In this document: positions 7,921-17,806 of the stretch, in pieces
How the letters are laid out: each line of letters opens with the position of its first letter
Position numbering within the stretch: position 1 is the stretch's first letter
DNA from: Bacteroidales bacterium
Lineage (GTDB): Bacteria > Bacteroidota > Bacteroidia > Bacteroidales > SZUA-534
Direction of reading: 5' to 3'
DNA length: 64,000 bases
NCBI GenBank assembly: GCA_045640185.1
Contig: JAZUEN010000085.1
Coordinates: 3,525-67,524 of the forward strand
Made by a program: the position numbers and the translations under genes
Notes under the pieces: model-generated
What the model was told of the DNA's origin: nothing
The model's database searches: none
What the model saw: only the letters and a program-made list of their open reading frames with translations

Positions 7921-10248
7921 ATGAAACTCAACATTCGCTCAAAAATCAGTCTATTTGTGCTGATTCCAATGTCGGCATACATAATTTTTCTAATCACATT
8001 CGTTGGCGTACGTACAACCAATCAGGCAGAATTCGATTCAGGGCACACAAGCCGTCTGCTCTCGGAGCGAACAGCCTGCCATGCAGAAATTGTCATCAAC
8101 GAGCATAAAGCAAGCATAAAAATGATGTCAGACGCATTATCGTTTCAGACACCAACCATGGACGACGGGCAACGCACCTTGTTCCGCCAAACCTTGGCGA
8201 ACGTGGCACAAGGCCAAAAATGCTGGGCACTGATCATGTCTGGCTTCTATGCCGACACTAACTACACCGATGGCGAATGGGTGCTGCTTCAGCCAAACGC
8301 AAACGGCAGCATTTCAGTCACCGACAACCAAAGTTTCATCCAAAGCAAATATGGCGAAATACTAAACTCATCAACCACTTCACTATACGAGCCTTACGAG
8401 TATGGCGACAAATTGCTGCTGAACATCAGCACTCCAATTTACCAAAGCGGCAACATCTGCGGTTTTGCCTGCAAAGCCATCAACATTGACGACTTCGACC
8501 TGCTCGCAAAAAAAGTCGTAAAGCAATTCAACGACGAAGTAACAAAGCACATTGTCAGCAGCAAAGGCACTGTAATTTACTCAAGCAACCCTAACGATGT
8601 CAACCAGAAGTTCTCACTCGGCTGTGAAGACAGCGTAAGCGCCAAGCAGCTTCTCGACAAAATGAACAAAGGCGAGTACATAACAAACATATTCAACAAA
8701 GATGGTTCAAGACTAAACACATACTTTACCCCTATCAATATAGGGACAAACTGTTACTGGTCGCTAGCGCTGACATTTCCGCTGACAAACATTTCGCAGA
8801 CGGCACTGGACACATTGTCAAAATCGTTGCTGGTAGCCATCATCGGACTGATACTAATGATAGTCTTGGTGCTTTGGATTGCAAAAAGCATTACAGTGCC
8901 TATCAGAAGCACCACCAAAGCCCTACACCTTTTGGCTTTAGGCGACACCGAAAGCATCCAGACACTGGACATCAAGACAAATGACGAACTTGAAGAAATG
9001 TCAAAATCGCTCAATCAGGTTGTTGACGGCATGCGCAAGTCTGAAACATTTGCCTTAAACATTGGAGAAGAAAACTTCGACAGCGACTTTCAAACTTTAA
9101 GCGACAAAGACCGCCTGGGCGACGCCTTGATAAAGATGCGCGACAACTTGAGCAAGAGCAAGGAAATTGAAGCAAAACGCAAGGAAGAGGAAGAACTGCG
9201 GAATTGGGCTACTGAAGGCATTGCAAAATTTGCAGAAATTCTCCGCAAAGACCAAGACAACCTTAAATCATTAAGCTACAACATCATGTCGCATTTGATT
9301 GATTACCTGAATGTCAATCAAGGCGCCTTGTTTGTAATAAACAACGACAACGATGAAGAAACCGTATTTTCAATGACCGCCGCCATTGCCTACGGAAGAG
9401 ACAAGTGCATCAACCGCGACATCAAGATTGGCGAAGGCCTGATTGGCCGTTGCGTCTACGAGCGCAAAACCATATACATCACCAAGGTTCCCGACGACTA
9501 TGTGCAAATAACATCTGGCCTGGGGAATGCGAATCCAAGTTGTGTGCTAATTGTACCTTGCTCACTTAACGAAGAGGTATATGGCGTAATTGAAATTGCC
9601 TCGTTTGAAGAACTCAAGCCTTACGAAATCGAATTCGTCGAAAAACTGGGCGAAAGCATAGCATCAACAATAGCAAGCGTAAAAGTCACTGAAAAGACCA
9701 ACAAACTGCTAAAGGCAAGCCAAATACAACGCGAAGAGCTATCATCGCAAGAAGAGGAATTGAGGCAAAACCTGGAGGAAATGCAAGCCACTCAAGAAGA
9801 CCTTCGCCGGCAAATGGATGAAAACCAAGAGATGAAGGACAACCTGTCGAAAGAAATTGGCCTGATGAACTCACTGATGGACAACATTCACGACTACATC
9901 TACTTCAAGGACTTGGAAGGCAAATTCATACGAGTCTCAAAATCTTACCTGCGGTGCGCCGATGTCGACTCCTATGATGATGTCATCGGCAAGAGCGACT
10001 TCGATCTATGCGCTATACAAAGCGAGGCTCAGCGCTACTTCGACGATGAGCAGCGAATCATAAAGACAAAGAAGCCAATACTGAACCAGATACAATGTGA
10101 ACACCGTCACGACACAACTATCTACACATCGACATCAAAATATCCGCTATACGATAGCTACGGCAACGTGATCGGCACATTTGGCCTGACATCAGAAGTC
10201 ACCAACTCGATTTTGGCAAAAGGTTCTGCCGTAAACAAAGAACAATAG
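7921..10248 (+). CDS. transmembrane sensor: extracytoplasmic (Cache-like?) domain-HAMP-GAF-coiled coil-PAS, with no recognisable output domain
   Basis: The ATG at 7921 gives MKLNIRSKISLFVLIP.. (TM1), with TM2 at LLVAIIGLILMIVLVLWIA. The HAMP-like linker is LALGDT..NDELEEMSKSLNQVVDGMRKSE and the GAF-like block is RNWATEGIAKF..NQGALFV..GEGLIG..IASF. The coiled coil is EEELRQNLEEMQATQEDL and the PAS-like end is IYFKDL..VIGKSDFDLC..GNVIGTFGLT. The track start at 7894 is a TTG. Confidence 0.75.
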   Translation: MKLNIRSKISLFVLIPMSAYIIFLITFVGVRTTNQAEFDSGHTSRLLSERTACHAEIVINEHKASIKMMSDALSFQTPTMDDGQRTLFRQTLANVAQGQKCWALIMSGFYADTNYTDGEWVLLQPNANGSISVTDNQSFIQSKYGEILNSSTTSLYEPYEYGDKLLLNISTPIYQSGNICGFACKAINIDDFDLLAKKVVKQFNDEVTKHIVSSKGTVIYSSNPNDVNQKFSLGCEDSVSAKQLLDKMNKGEYITNIFNKDGSRLNTYFTPINIGTNCYWSLALTFPLTNISQTALDTLSKSLLVAIIGLILMIVLVLWIAKSITVPIRSTTKALHLLALGDTESIQTLDIKTNDELEEMSKSLNQVVDGMRKSETFALNIGEENFDSDFQTLSDKDRLGDALIKMRDNLSKSKEIEAKRKEEEELRNWATEGIAKFAEILRKDQDNLKSLSYNIMSHLIDYLNVNQGALFVINNDNDEETVFSMTAAIAYGRDKCINRDIKIGEGLIGRCVYERKTIYITKVPDDYVQITSGLGNANPSCVLIVPCSLNEEVYGVIEIASFEELKPYEIEFVEKLGESIASTIASVKVTEKTNKLLKASQIQREELSSQEEELRQNLEEMQATQEDLRRQMDENQEMKDNLSKEIGLMNSLMDNIHDYIYFKDLEGKFIRVSKSYLRCADVDSYDDVIGKSDFDLCAIQSEAQRYFDDEQRIIKTKKPILNQIQCEHRHDTTIYTSTSKYPLYDSYGNVIGTFGLTSEVTNSILAKGSAVNKEQ

Positions 10249-10301
10249 CGCATAGCCAATGACGCAACCATTTGACAGAAAATCTAAATAATAAATACGC
10301 A

Positions 10302-12626
10302 ATGAAAATAAAACTAAACATCAAGTCGAAAATTCTTCTTTATGTTCTTGGCCCAATCTCCTTGTTCATCATATTCCTGATATTGTTTGTCGGCATAAGG
10401 AACGCATCCCGCGCCACAACAAACGCTGAAGATTTGATCAAGCAAGTTGCCAAGACACAAAGCGCAAATGCCTCATCAATACTGAGCAAATACGTGTCAA
10501 GCGTCAATTCGTTGGCAAACGCCTTCAGCGGAGAAGCCGACTACCTGGAAGAAAACCAACGCGAAGTTTTCGGCAACGTCCTTTTCAATATGGCTAATGC
10601 GACAAACAGCGACATGTGGGTGATTTGGAACTCGGAATTCTATGCCGACAGCAACCACATGGAGCGTGAATGGATCTTGCTGCAGCCAGCAAACGGCATT
10701 GCAAGAGTCAACGACGTCACTTTCGAATTCGAGTCCAGATTCGGCAGCTGCCTTGAGACGTCAAAGACTACCGTCTCCCCATCGTACGAATTTGAAGGCA
10801 ACTGGAGGATGAACATCACCTGTCCTATCTTCCAAAACGGCAACATTTGCGGTTTTGCCGGCATAACAATACCAAATTCGGAATTTGATCCGGTAACAAC
10901 TGAAAAGACATTTGAGGAAACTCAGATATACGTTGTCAATCAAGAAGGGAAATGCATTCTATCGAATGCCCAGTCATCGCCATCCGATTATTTCACATTT
11001 AGTGGCGACACCACTAACCTTGACAAGTTCAAGGTGATGATTGCAAATGGAGACTTCACATCAAAGACACTGATGATAAACGACCAAAAGACATTCACCG
11101 TAATGTCGCCTGTCAAAGTTGACGGAATCAAGAATTGGGCCGTTGGCATCAGTCTGGCTATCGACAATGTAACCAAAAGCGAGATGCACTCGCTATACAT
11201 ATCAATACTGGCGGCAATCATTGGCTTGTTAACCATCTGCATAATAGTGATTGTTGTCGCACGTGGCATCACCAACCCTATCAAGTTGACAACCGATGCC
11301 CTAAAAGTACTTGCATTAGGCGACACGGGGAACATCAACACTCTGACCGTCAATACAAACGACGAACTTGAAGACATGTCAAAATCACTGAATCAAGTGG
11401 TTGAAGGAATGCGAAAATCGGAATCGTTTGCCTTGGACATTGGCAATGGCAAATTCGAAAGCGAATTCAAAACCCTTAGCGACAAAGACCGGCTAGGCGG
11501 TGCATTGATAAAGATGCGCGAGAACCTTCTTGAAAACCAGAAAAGCGAGACCGCACGAAAGGAAGAAGAGGAATTGCGCAATTGGGCAACCGAAGGCATT
11601 GCAAAATTTGGCGAAATTCTCCGCAAGGACCAAAACAACATGAAGTCGTTGGGCTACAATATCATGTCGAACCTTATCGATTACCTAAAAGTTAGCCAAG
11701 GTGCCCTATTTGTCGTAAACAACGACGACGAAAACGACATCTACTTTTCACTAGTCACAGCCATTGCATATGGTCGCGACAAATACATAAAGAAAGACAT
11801 CCGCGAAGGCGAAGGCCTTGTGGGGCATTGCATATACGAGCGCAAGACCATCTACCTCACCGACATTCCTGACGACTACATGAGGATTACATCGGGACTA
11901 GGCACGGCCAACCCAAAATGCATACTGATTGTTCCTTGCGTGCTGAACAACGAAATATTCGGCATAATTGAAATAGCATCATTCACCGAACTCAAGCCAT
12001 ACGAAATCGAATTCGTCGAGAAACTGGGCGAAAGCATCGCTTCAACTGTCGCCAGCGTAAAGGTTACCGAAAAGACCAACAAGCTACTGCAGGCCAGCCA
12101 GGAACAAAGCTCCGAACTCACTTCAAGAGAAGAGGAACTTCGGCAGAACCTTGAGGAAATGCAGGCCACCCAAGAAGACCTCCACCGCCAAGTTGAAGAA
12201 AACCAGAAGATGAAAGACGAACTCGGCAAGGAAAAGAGCCTGCTCGACTCTCTGATGGAGACGGTCAACGATACAATATATTTCAAGGACCTAGACAGCA
12301 AGCTTATCCGAGTGTCACGTTCATTCCTAAACACAGTGGAACTTCCCACTTACGAAGATGTCATAGGCAAGACCGATTTCGACCTTTGCTCCGACATGAA
12401 CGAGGCCCAAAAATTCTACGACGAGGAACAGCGCATCATCAAAACCAGAAAGCCGTTGCTCAACCAAGTTCAAGAAGAGCACCGACATGGCAGCATAATA
12501 TATGTATCAACATCGAAATATCCACTTATTGATGCAAATGGTAACGTAATTGGAACATTCGGACTAACCACCGACGTCACCAACACCATAAAAAAGAAGA
12601 AAGAAATGGATGATGAAGAAAAATGA
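10302..12626 (+). CDS. paralogous transmembrane sensor with the same architecture (extracytoplasmic domain-HAMP-GAF-coiled coil-PAS)
   Basis: ATG at 10302 (MKIKLNIKSKILLYVLGP..). The cytoplasmic half is collinear with the previous gene and mostly identical. It lies 53 nt downstream of that gene with no hairpin between. The track start at 10272 is a TTG. Confidence 0.75.
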   Translation: MKIKLNIKSKILLYVLGPISLFIIFLILFVGIRNASRATTNAEDLIKQVAKTQSANASSILSKYVSSVNSLANAFSGEADYLEENQREVFGNVLFNMANATNSDMWVIWNSEFYADSNHMEREWILLQPANGIARVNDVTFEFESRFGSCLETSKTTVSPSYEFEGNWRMNITCPIFQNGNICGFAGITIPNSEFDPVTTEKTFEETQIYVVNQEGKCILSNAQSSPSDYFTFSGDTTNLDKFKVMIANGDFTSKTLMINDQKTFTVMSPVKVDGIKNWAVGISLAIDNVTKSEMHSLYISILAAIIGLLTICIIVIVVARGITNPIKLTTDALKVLALGDTGNINTLTVNTNDELEDMSKSLNQVVEGMRKSESFALDIGNGKFESEFKTLSDKDRLGGALIKMRENLLENQKSETARKEEEELRNWATEGIAKFGEILRKDQNNMKSLGYNIMSNLIDYLKVSQGALFVVNNDDENDIYFSLVTAIAYGRDKYIKKDIREGEGLVGHCIYERKTIYLTDIPDDYMRITSGLGTANPKCILIVPCVLNNEIFGIIEIASFTELKPYEIEFVEKLGESIASTVASVKVTEKTNKLLQASQEQSSELTSREEELRQNLEEMQATQEDLHRQVEENQKMKDELGKEKSLLDSLMETVNDTIYFKDLDSKLIRVSRSFLNTVELPTYEDVIGKTDFDLCSDMNEAQKFYDEEQRIIKTRKPLLNQVQEEHRHGSIIYVSTSKYPLIDANGNVIGTFGLTTDVTNTIKKKKEMDDEEK

Positions 12627-12657
12627 AAAAAGGGACTTGCAAGTCCCTTTTTTTTTT
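12626..12657. terminator. strong Rho-independent terminator (A-run/hairpin/T-run, potentially bidirectional)
   Basis: aaaaa agggact tgca agtccct ttttttttt immediately after the stop of the second sensor. Confidence 0.85.
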
Positions 12658-12757
12658 GCTGAAAACGACTAAAAGCACTAACATAAATAAACGTATTTCT
12701 CGTATCGCGTAGTTCCAGTTTTTTTGTGACTTTTGCGCACGTTTTTGAAATATAGAC

Positions 12758-14137
12758 ATGTCAAACAAAACCGCAGCACAATCGTTAGGTACAGACAATG
12801 TAGGCCGGTTGCTTTTACAATACTCACTTCCTGCAATAATTGCCACAGCCGCATCTTCAATCTACAATATAGTTGACCGCATTTTCATTGGACAAGGTGT
12901 CGGACCTTATGCCATTTCCGGATTGGCTCTGACACTCCCACTAATGAACATTTTCGCAGCCTTTGGCGCAATGATTGGCATTGGCGCATCGACAATGGTA
13001 TCAATCTACATGGGACAGAAAAACCACGAAGATGCTGTGCGCACACTTGGCAATGCCCTAATTCTCAACGTCATATTAAGCATCATAACCTCAATTTTCG
13101 GGTTAATATTCCTTGACAAGATATTAATGGCAATGGGTGCCAGCCAACACACGCTTCCGTATGCACGTGAATTCATGGAGATTGCCCTTATAGGCAACCT
13201 GTTTGTTCATGTCTACCTTGGCCTAAACCATCTAATGAGAGCTTCTGGTTTTCCTAAAAAATCAATGTACATAACGCTCACTACTGTAGCTATCAACGTC
13301 ACCCTGAACCCAATATACATTTTCGTATTCAAATGGGGAATTCGTGGCGCCGCTTTGGCAACACTATGCGGCCAAGTTGTCGGAACCATCATAGTACTCC
13401 GCCACTTTCTGCAGAAAGACAAGCCTTTGCACTTTGTGAAAGGTTGCTTCAATCTGAAAGGTAAAATTGTGTCAAACATATTTTCAATCGGTCTTGCCAA
13501 TTTCATGACTTTGCTATGCACCAGCCTTGTGGTTGTATTCCTAAACCGAAGCCTTGGCAAGTATGGTGGCGATTTCGCAATTGGCGCCTTTGGCATCATC
13601 AATAGCCTTCTGAACCTCATTGCAATGGTTGTGGCCGGGTTTACACAAGGAATGCAGCCTATTGCCGGATTCAATTTCGGAGCCCGCCAGCTGGACCGCG
13701 TAAAGCAAGTGTTCAAGCTAACTCTCATTTGTGGCACATCAGTCACGACATTGGGTTTTGCATTGAGTCAATTGTTTCCTCGATTCATTGCATCATTGTT
13801 TACAACGGATGCACAACTGATTGAATTGTCAGCACATGGGCTCAGAATCGCCATGGCTACATTCTTTATTGTTGGCATACAAATGGTTACAAGCAACTTT
13901 TTCCAGTCAATCGGGCGTCCGAAAATTGCAATCATTCTGTCAATGACGCGCCAATTGATAATCCTCATTCCAATGATGCTAATCTTGCCTCACCTATGGA
14001 ACCTTGGGCTGACCGGTGTATGGATGAGCATGCCGACATCTGACTTTCTATCGGCAATTGTGACAATGTGCACACTTTGGTATTTCATCAAAGTGAAAAA
14101 GATATTCTCGAACTACGAGTATAGGCTAAAACAGTAG
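12758..14137 (+). CDS. MATE-family efflux transporter
   Basis: 459 aa with about 12 TM segments. The N-terminal LLLQYSLPAIIATAASSIYNIVDRIFIGQGVG is typical of MATE/NorM-like proteins. Confidence 0.85.
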   Translation: MSNKTAAQSLGTDNVGRLLLQYSLPAIIATAASSIYNIVDRIFIGQGVGPYAISGLALTLPLMNIFAAFGAMIGIGASTMVSIYMGQKNHEDAVRTLGNALILNVILSIITSIFGLIFLDKILMAMGASQHTLPYAREFMEIALIGNLFVHVYLGLNHLMRASGFPKKSMYITLTTVAINVTLNPIYIFVFKWGIRGAALATLCGQVVGTIIVLRHFLQKDKPLHFVKGCFNLKGKIVSNIFSIGLANFMTLLCTSLVVVFLNRSLGKYGGDFAIGAFGIINSLLNLIAMVVAGFTQGMQPIAGFNFGARQLDRVKQVFKLTLICGTSVTTLGFALSQLFPRFIASLFTTDAQLIELSAHGLRIAMATFFIVGIQMVTSNFFQSIGRPKIAIILSMTRQLIILIPMMLILPHLWNLGLTGVWMSMPTSDFLSAIVTMCTLWYFIKVKKIFSNYEYRLKQ

Positions 14138-14144
14138 TCTCACA

Positions 14145-14903
14145 TCATAGTCTGACAACTTCAGATGCATTGTGCCTTGAAGTTGGCAACACTCTAACAT
14201 TTTGTGGCATTCCTGCGAAAACCGACAAAGCCTTCTCCACAGTATTGTTCTCGGCGGAAATGTGCGAAAGCAACAAGCACGATAATTGTGGCGATGCATA
14301 TCTTGATGCCAGCTCATAGGCTTGGTCGTTTGACAAATGCCCAACCTCCGATGCAACGCGATTTTTCAGATAATAAGGATACGACCCCTTCCATAGCATA
14401 TCGACATCATAATTCGACTCAAGGAAAACGGCCTCGCATTTTGAGAAATTGCTGACTACCATGTCATCAGCAATGCCAATGTCTGTCATGACACCTACTA
14501 TGTGAGCATCAACATTTACCAGGAAACTGCAGGGGTCTGAAGCATCGTGGCGCTTGCTGAAAGGCATGACTTTGATACCGAAAACGTCATACCCATCACC
14601 CGGCACAAACGTCTTAACATAAGGCGGACGATACTTGCCACAAGTGTTGTTCAATGTTTTCTGTGTAAAGAAAAATGGCACCTGCAAGCGTTTGCTTATG
14701 CCATAGGCGCCACAAACGTGGTCAGTATGCTCATGCGATATGAACACGGCTCGAATCTTGTCTACATTCAAACCGGCTTCTTCTGCTCGGTCAAGCAGCA
14801 TATTATAGTGAATGCCGGCATCTACCAAAACCGCATTTTCTTCATTGCCAATATAATAGCAATTTCCATTACTACCTGATGCAAGTGCGCAAATCTCAAT
14901 CAT
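14145..14903 (-). CDS. MBL-fold metallo-hydrolase
   Basis: HEHTDH (HxHxDH) motif, N-terminal ALASGSNGNCYYI, and about 250 aa. Confidence 0.85.
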   Translation of the reverse strand: MIEICALASGSNGNCYYIGNEENAVLVDAGIHYNMLLDRAEEAGLNVDKIRAVFISHEHTDHVCGAYGISKRLQVPFFFTQKTLNNTCGKYRPPYVKTFVPGDGYDVFGIKVMPFSKRHDASDPCSFLVNVDAHIVGVMTDIGIADDMVVSNFSKCEAVFLESNYDVDMLWKGSYPYYLKNRVASEVGHLSNDQAYELASRYASPQLSCLLLSHISAENNTVEKALSVFAGMPQNVRVLPTSRHNASEVVRL

Positions 14904-14928
14904 AGACTAAATTCGTTTTTCTGCGAAT

Positions 14929-15558
14929 TTAATCTTCATTTTCCATTTTGCCATTCAGCAAGTCATACTTTACGCACACTAATTCCAATGCATCACGAAG
15001 AGCGCTATTTATATCCTTGATTTCCAGCAAGTCCAATTCACTCAATTCGCGTCCACGCAATACGGTATCTCCCATTACCGGCAAATGCTTCAGCAATTCA
15101 ACCTTATTCGGGTTTGAGTTGAACGATTCCTTTAGCCAGAGACAACCTGTCATCTCAAGCTTATCTCCCTTAACGTGATACAGGCTTTCGCCAAACAAGC
15201 GGCATACAAACGGACGCAATGCATACTGCGTGCAATGTCCGTAGCCTAGGCTCTCGTCATCGTTGGCATAGTTGACACACATGATTTTCGAACAATCGTC
15301 AGTTTCAAGCAACATTTTCAGCTTTTCATCGGCCAGCCCCCTATCAAGCAAATCGATGGCCATTGGCAACATTTCAAAGACTGTCGCTTCCTTGTTTTCT
15401 GCCGATCCTAAACAGCACTTGCCACATTTTTCCTTACAATGGAAATTGTAGCAATTTGTAACTTTTGTCAATTTGGAATCGAGCCTTAAATATTGCGACT
15501 GCAATTCTGCAACACCTTCAAAATGCTGAAGCAATTGTTTCCGAACAGATTTCTTCAT
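14929..15558 (-). CDS. YkgJ-family Cys-cluster (UPF0153) protein
   Basis: CKEKCGKCC motif plus later Cys residues. The ATG at 15558 (MKKSVRKQ..) is preferred over the upstream track start at 15645. Confidence 0.6.
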   Translation of the reverse strand: MKKSVRKQLLQHFEGVAELQSQYLRLDSKLTKVTNCYNFHCKEKCGKCCLGSAENKEATVFEMLPMAIDLLDRGLADEKLKMLLETDDCSKIMCVNYANDDESLGYGHCTQYALRPFVCRLFGESLYHVKGDKLEMTGCLWLKESFNSNPNKVELLKHLPVMGDTVLRGRELSELDLLEIKDINSALRDALELVCVKYDLLNGKMENED

Positions 15559-15682
15559 AACGTACAAGTAAATCATTAAACACCTGACAATCTTTGCGGT
15601 GTAGGCAAATAAACTTGTACTGCCGTAGCGATTAAAATCGCCCAAAATGTATAAAAATGTTGCTATTGATGTTTGCTTATCA

Positions 15683-17695
15683 TCACTTTTTCTTTAGCAA
15701 CAATTCTTCTGCCACCAAGCACAAAAGCGCAAATGCGACAAACCAGCGCCAAAGGCCGTCTGACGAACGGGCCCCTGCAAATTTATTGGTCAAGGCCGTT
15801 TCTGACGCCTTGACTAATTCTGCATCAAACCCTTGTTGCGACAGTTGCTCCAGCACTTCATCCGCATTCCAGAATTGTTGCACCGACTCTTTCCTGTCAT
15901 AGTTGAACGAGACTTTTCCGACCGATTCTGCACCAGATTCCACCGTCCAAGCACCGGCATCAATCTCGGCGACATTGGGATACAGCACAATGCCGTTTCC
16001 GACGATGCGTTTTGCTGGATATATCTTTGTGCCACTGTCACTTGCAAGCGACAGATTTCTTGACAAGTCAAACATCGGCATGTCAACTTGCATATCTTGC
16101 CTTAGCACTGAGTATAGGCTACCTGCCGATGTGCTTTGTATTGCCATATTGTAATACAATGGGACGAATGCTGGATGAAACATTAAATTTGTCAGCTCCG
16201 ATGCAAACGGAACCGCCAATACATATACCTTACCTGATCCATAGCCATATGCAAACTGCAAATAATCGCCCGATTCAGCATCAAACAAGCGCTCAACACG
16301 TTGACGCGAAGTCGCCTCAACCTTGAAATACCCCTTATATGTTGGCATTGAATAATTGCTTTCCTTTGAAGAAAACACATCGCGAAACAGGCTGTGTGTC
16401 GTATTCAGGTTCGATGCCCTGCCATCTTGCTCAATCCAATCGGTCAATTTTGGGCCTTCCGTCGCCTTTAGCAAATTGTCAAATACAGCTGACTCCAATG
16501 GTAGCAATGCCAAATGCCCCCCTTTTGCCACATATTGAGCCAAGATATCGGTCAAGCCTGACGACAATGGCTCTTTTGTGTCGACTATCACAAACTGATA
16601 ATCAAACAATTTATCTTGTTGCACGTTGAATGGCGACACTCGGGAATAGCCGACATTCTTATCAGAAGCATATAGTGCCGAAAAATAGTCTTTTATCGGT
16701 TCTGCAGAAATGCGAAGCACCTTTGTTTGCGGTAAAATATCGTAGGCAAAATAGAGTTGATTGTCAAATGTTATTGGATAATCCTGAATTTCGACGCGAC
16801 CACTACTCCACCCTTGGGAACCATGTAAAAACGTGCATTGCACATCCGAAGCCCCTTTGGCATCTACTGAAAACGGAACGGCATTTTTCAGTGTGTCGTT
16901 TACATAAACCTGCAGACTTTGATTCTTTACCGGCTCTCTGCCATAATTACGCACCCTGACCGTCATTTCCTCGACTTTACCAGGATACAAGCCAGGCGAG
17001 CTGAACCATACTGAATCAATTGATAAATTGTTTTGTGTCTTATTTTCGAATGGCACCACAAAGACCCGCTGTCCTGCTATAGGATGCGCATTTGCAAGCA
17101 TGAACGCCGGCTTATGTAAATCACTGAGAATAAACGAATATATGATTTTTGTGCTATCTCTCCCTATTGTCTGCTGACGCGAAAGCACTTCATCAATATT
17201 TGTCACCAAATGTGTGGAACGTATATTTTGAACCCAATCAATATACTGTTCCTTACTTACCCAACGCTGTTGCTGCGGTTCCATTTCGTTGGTCATGAGC
17301 AAGAATTCGGTATGAGGCGGGAACAAGTCTGTAAGATTGCGTGCCATTGTCTTGGCCCATTCAAGCAAAACGCCGTATTCGCCATTCGCCTCCATGCTGA
17401 ACGAATTGTCGACATATACCGCAACCCTCAAATTGCCCGATTTCCGATTGCCATCTTGTGGAATGTATGGCCTAGCGAAAGCCATCACCGCAAATGCGAT
17501 TACGAGTATGCGCAACGCCAGCAACAACCACTTCCGAATTGTCGATCGTGACCGTTGCTCTGTCTGCAATGCCTTGACAAACTGCGTATTGCTAAATGGT
17601 ACTATCTGGTATCGATGCAAATTGAAAAAATGTATGATGACAGGAACGGCAATAGCCGTAAGAGCCCATAATACGTTTGGATACAAGAATTGCAT
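15683..17695 (-). CDS. BatA_N (aerotolerance-regulator N-terminal) domain membrane protein
   Basis: The N-terminus MQFLYPNVLWALTAIAVPVIIHFFNLHRYQIVPFSNTQFV matches the BatA N-terminal pattern. There is a second TM helix and a C-terminal TM anchor, and the middle is large and uncharacterised. Confidence 0.6.
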   Translation of the reverse strand: MQFLYPNVLWALTAIAVPVIIHFFNLHRYQIVPFSNTQFVKALQTEQRSRSTIRKWLLLALRILVIAFAVMAFARPYIPQDGNRKSGNLRVAVYVDNSFSMEANGEYGVLLEWAKTMARNLTDLFPPHTEFLLMTNEMEPQQQRWVSKEQYIDWVQNIRSTHLVTNIDEVLSRQQTIGRDSTKIIYSFILSDLHKPAFMLANAHPIAGQRVFVVPFENKTQNNLSIDSVWFSSPGLYPGKVEEMTVRVRNYGREPVKNQSLQVYVNDTLKNAVPFSVDAKGASDVQCTFLHGSQGWSSGRVEIQDYPITFDNQLYFAYDILPQTKVLRISAEPIKDYFSALYASDKNVGYSRVSPFNVQQDKLFDYQFVIVDTKEPLSSGLTDILAQYVAKGGHLALLPLESAVFDNLLKATEGPKLTDWIEQDGRASNLNTTHSLFRDVFSSKESNYSMPTYKGYFKVEATSRQRVERLFDAESGDYLQFAYGYGSGKVYVLAVPFASELTNLMFHPAFVPLYYNMAIQSTSAGSLYSVLRQDMQVDMPMFDLSRNLSLASDSGTKIYPAKRIVGNGIVLYPNVAEIDAGAWTVESGAESVGKVSFNYDRKESVQQFWNADEVLEQLSQQGFDAELVKASETALTNKFAGARSSDGLWRWFVAFALLCLVAEELLLKKK

Positions 17696-17806
17696 TGCGT
17701 TCTGTTTTATTGGTAAAGATATGTTTTTTGCAATGACGAACCAGAAAATAAAAAGCGCAAGCGGTAACTGCCACCTGCGCTTTTATAATATGCTTAAATG
17801 CCAATG

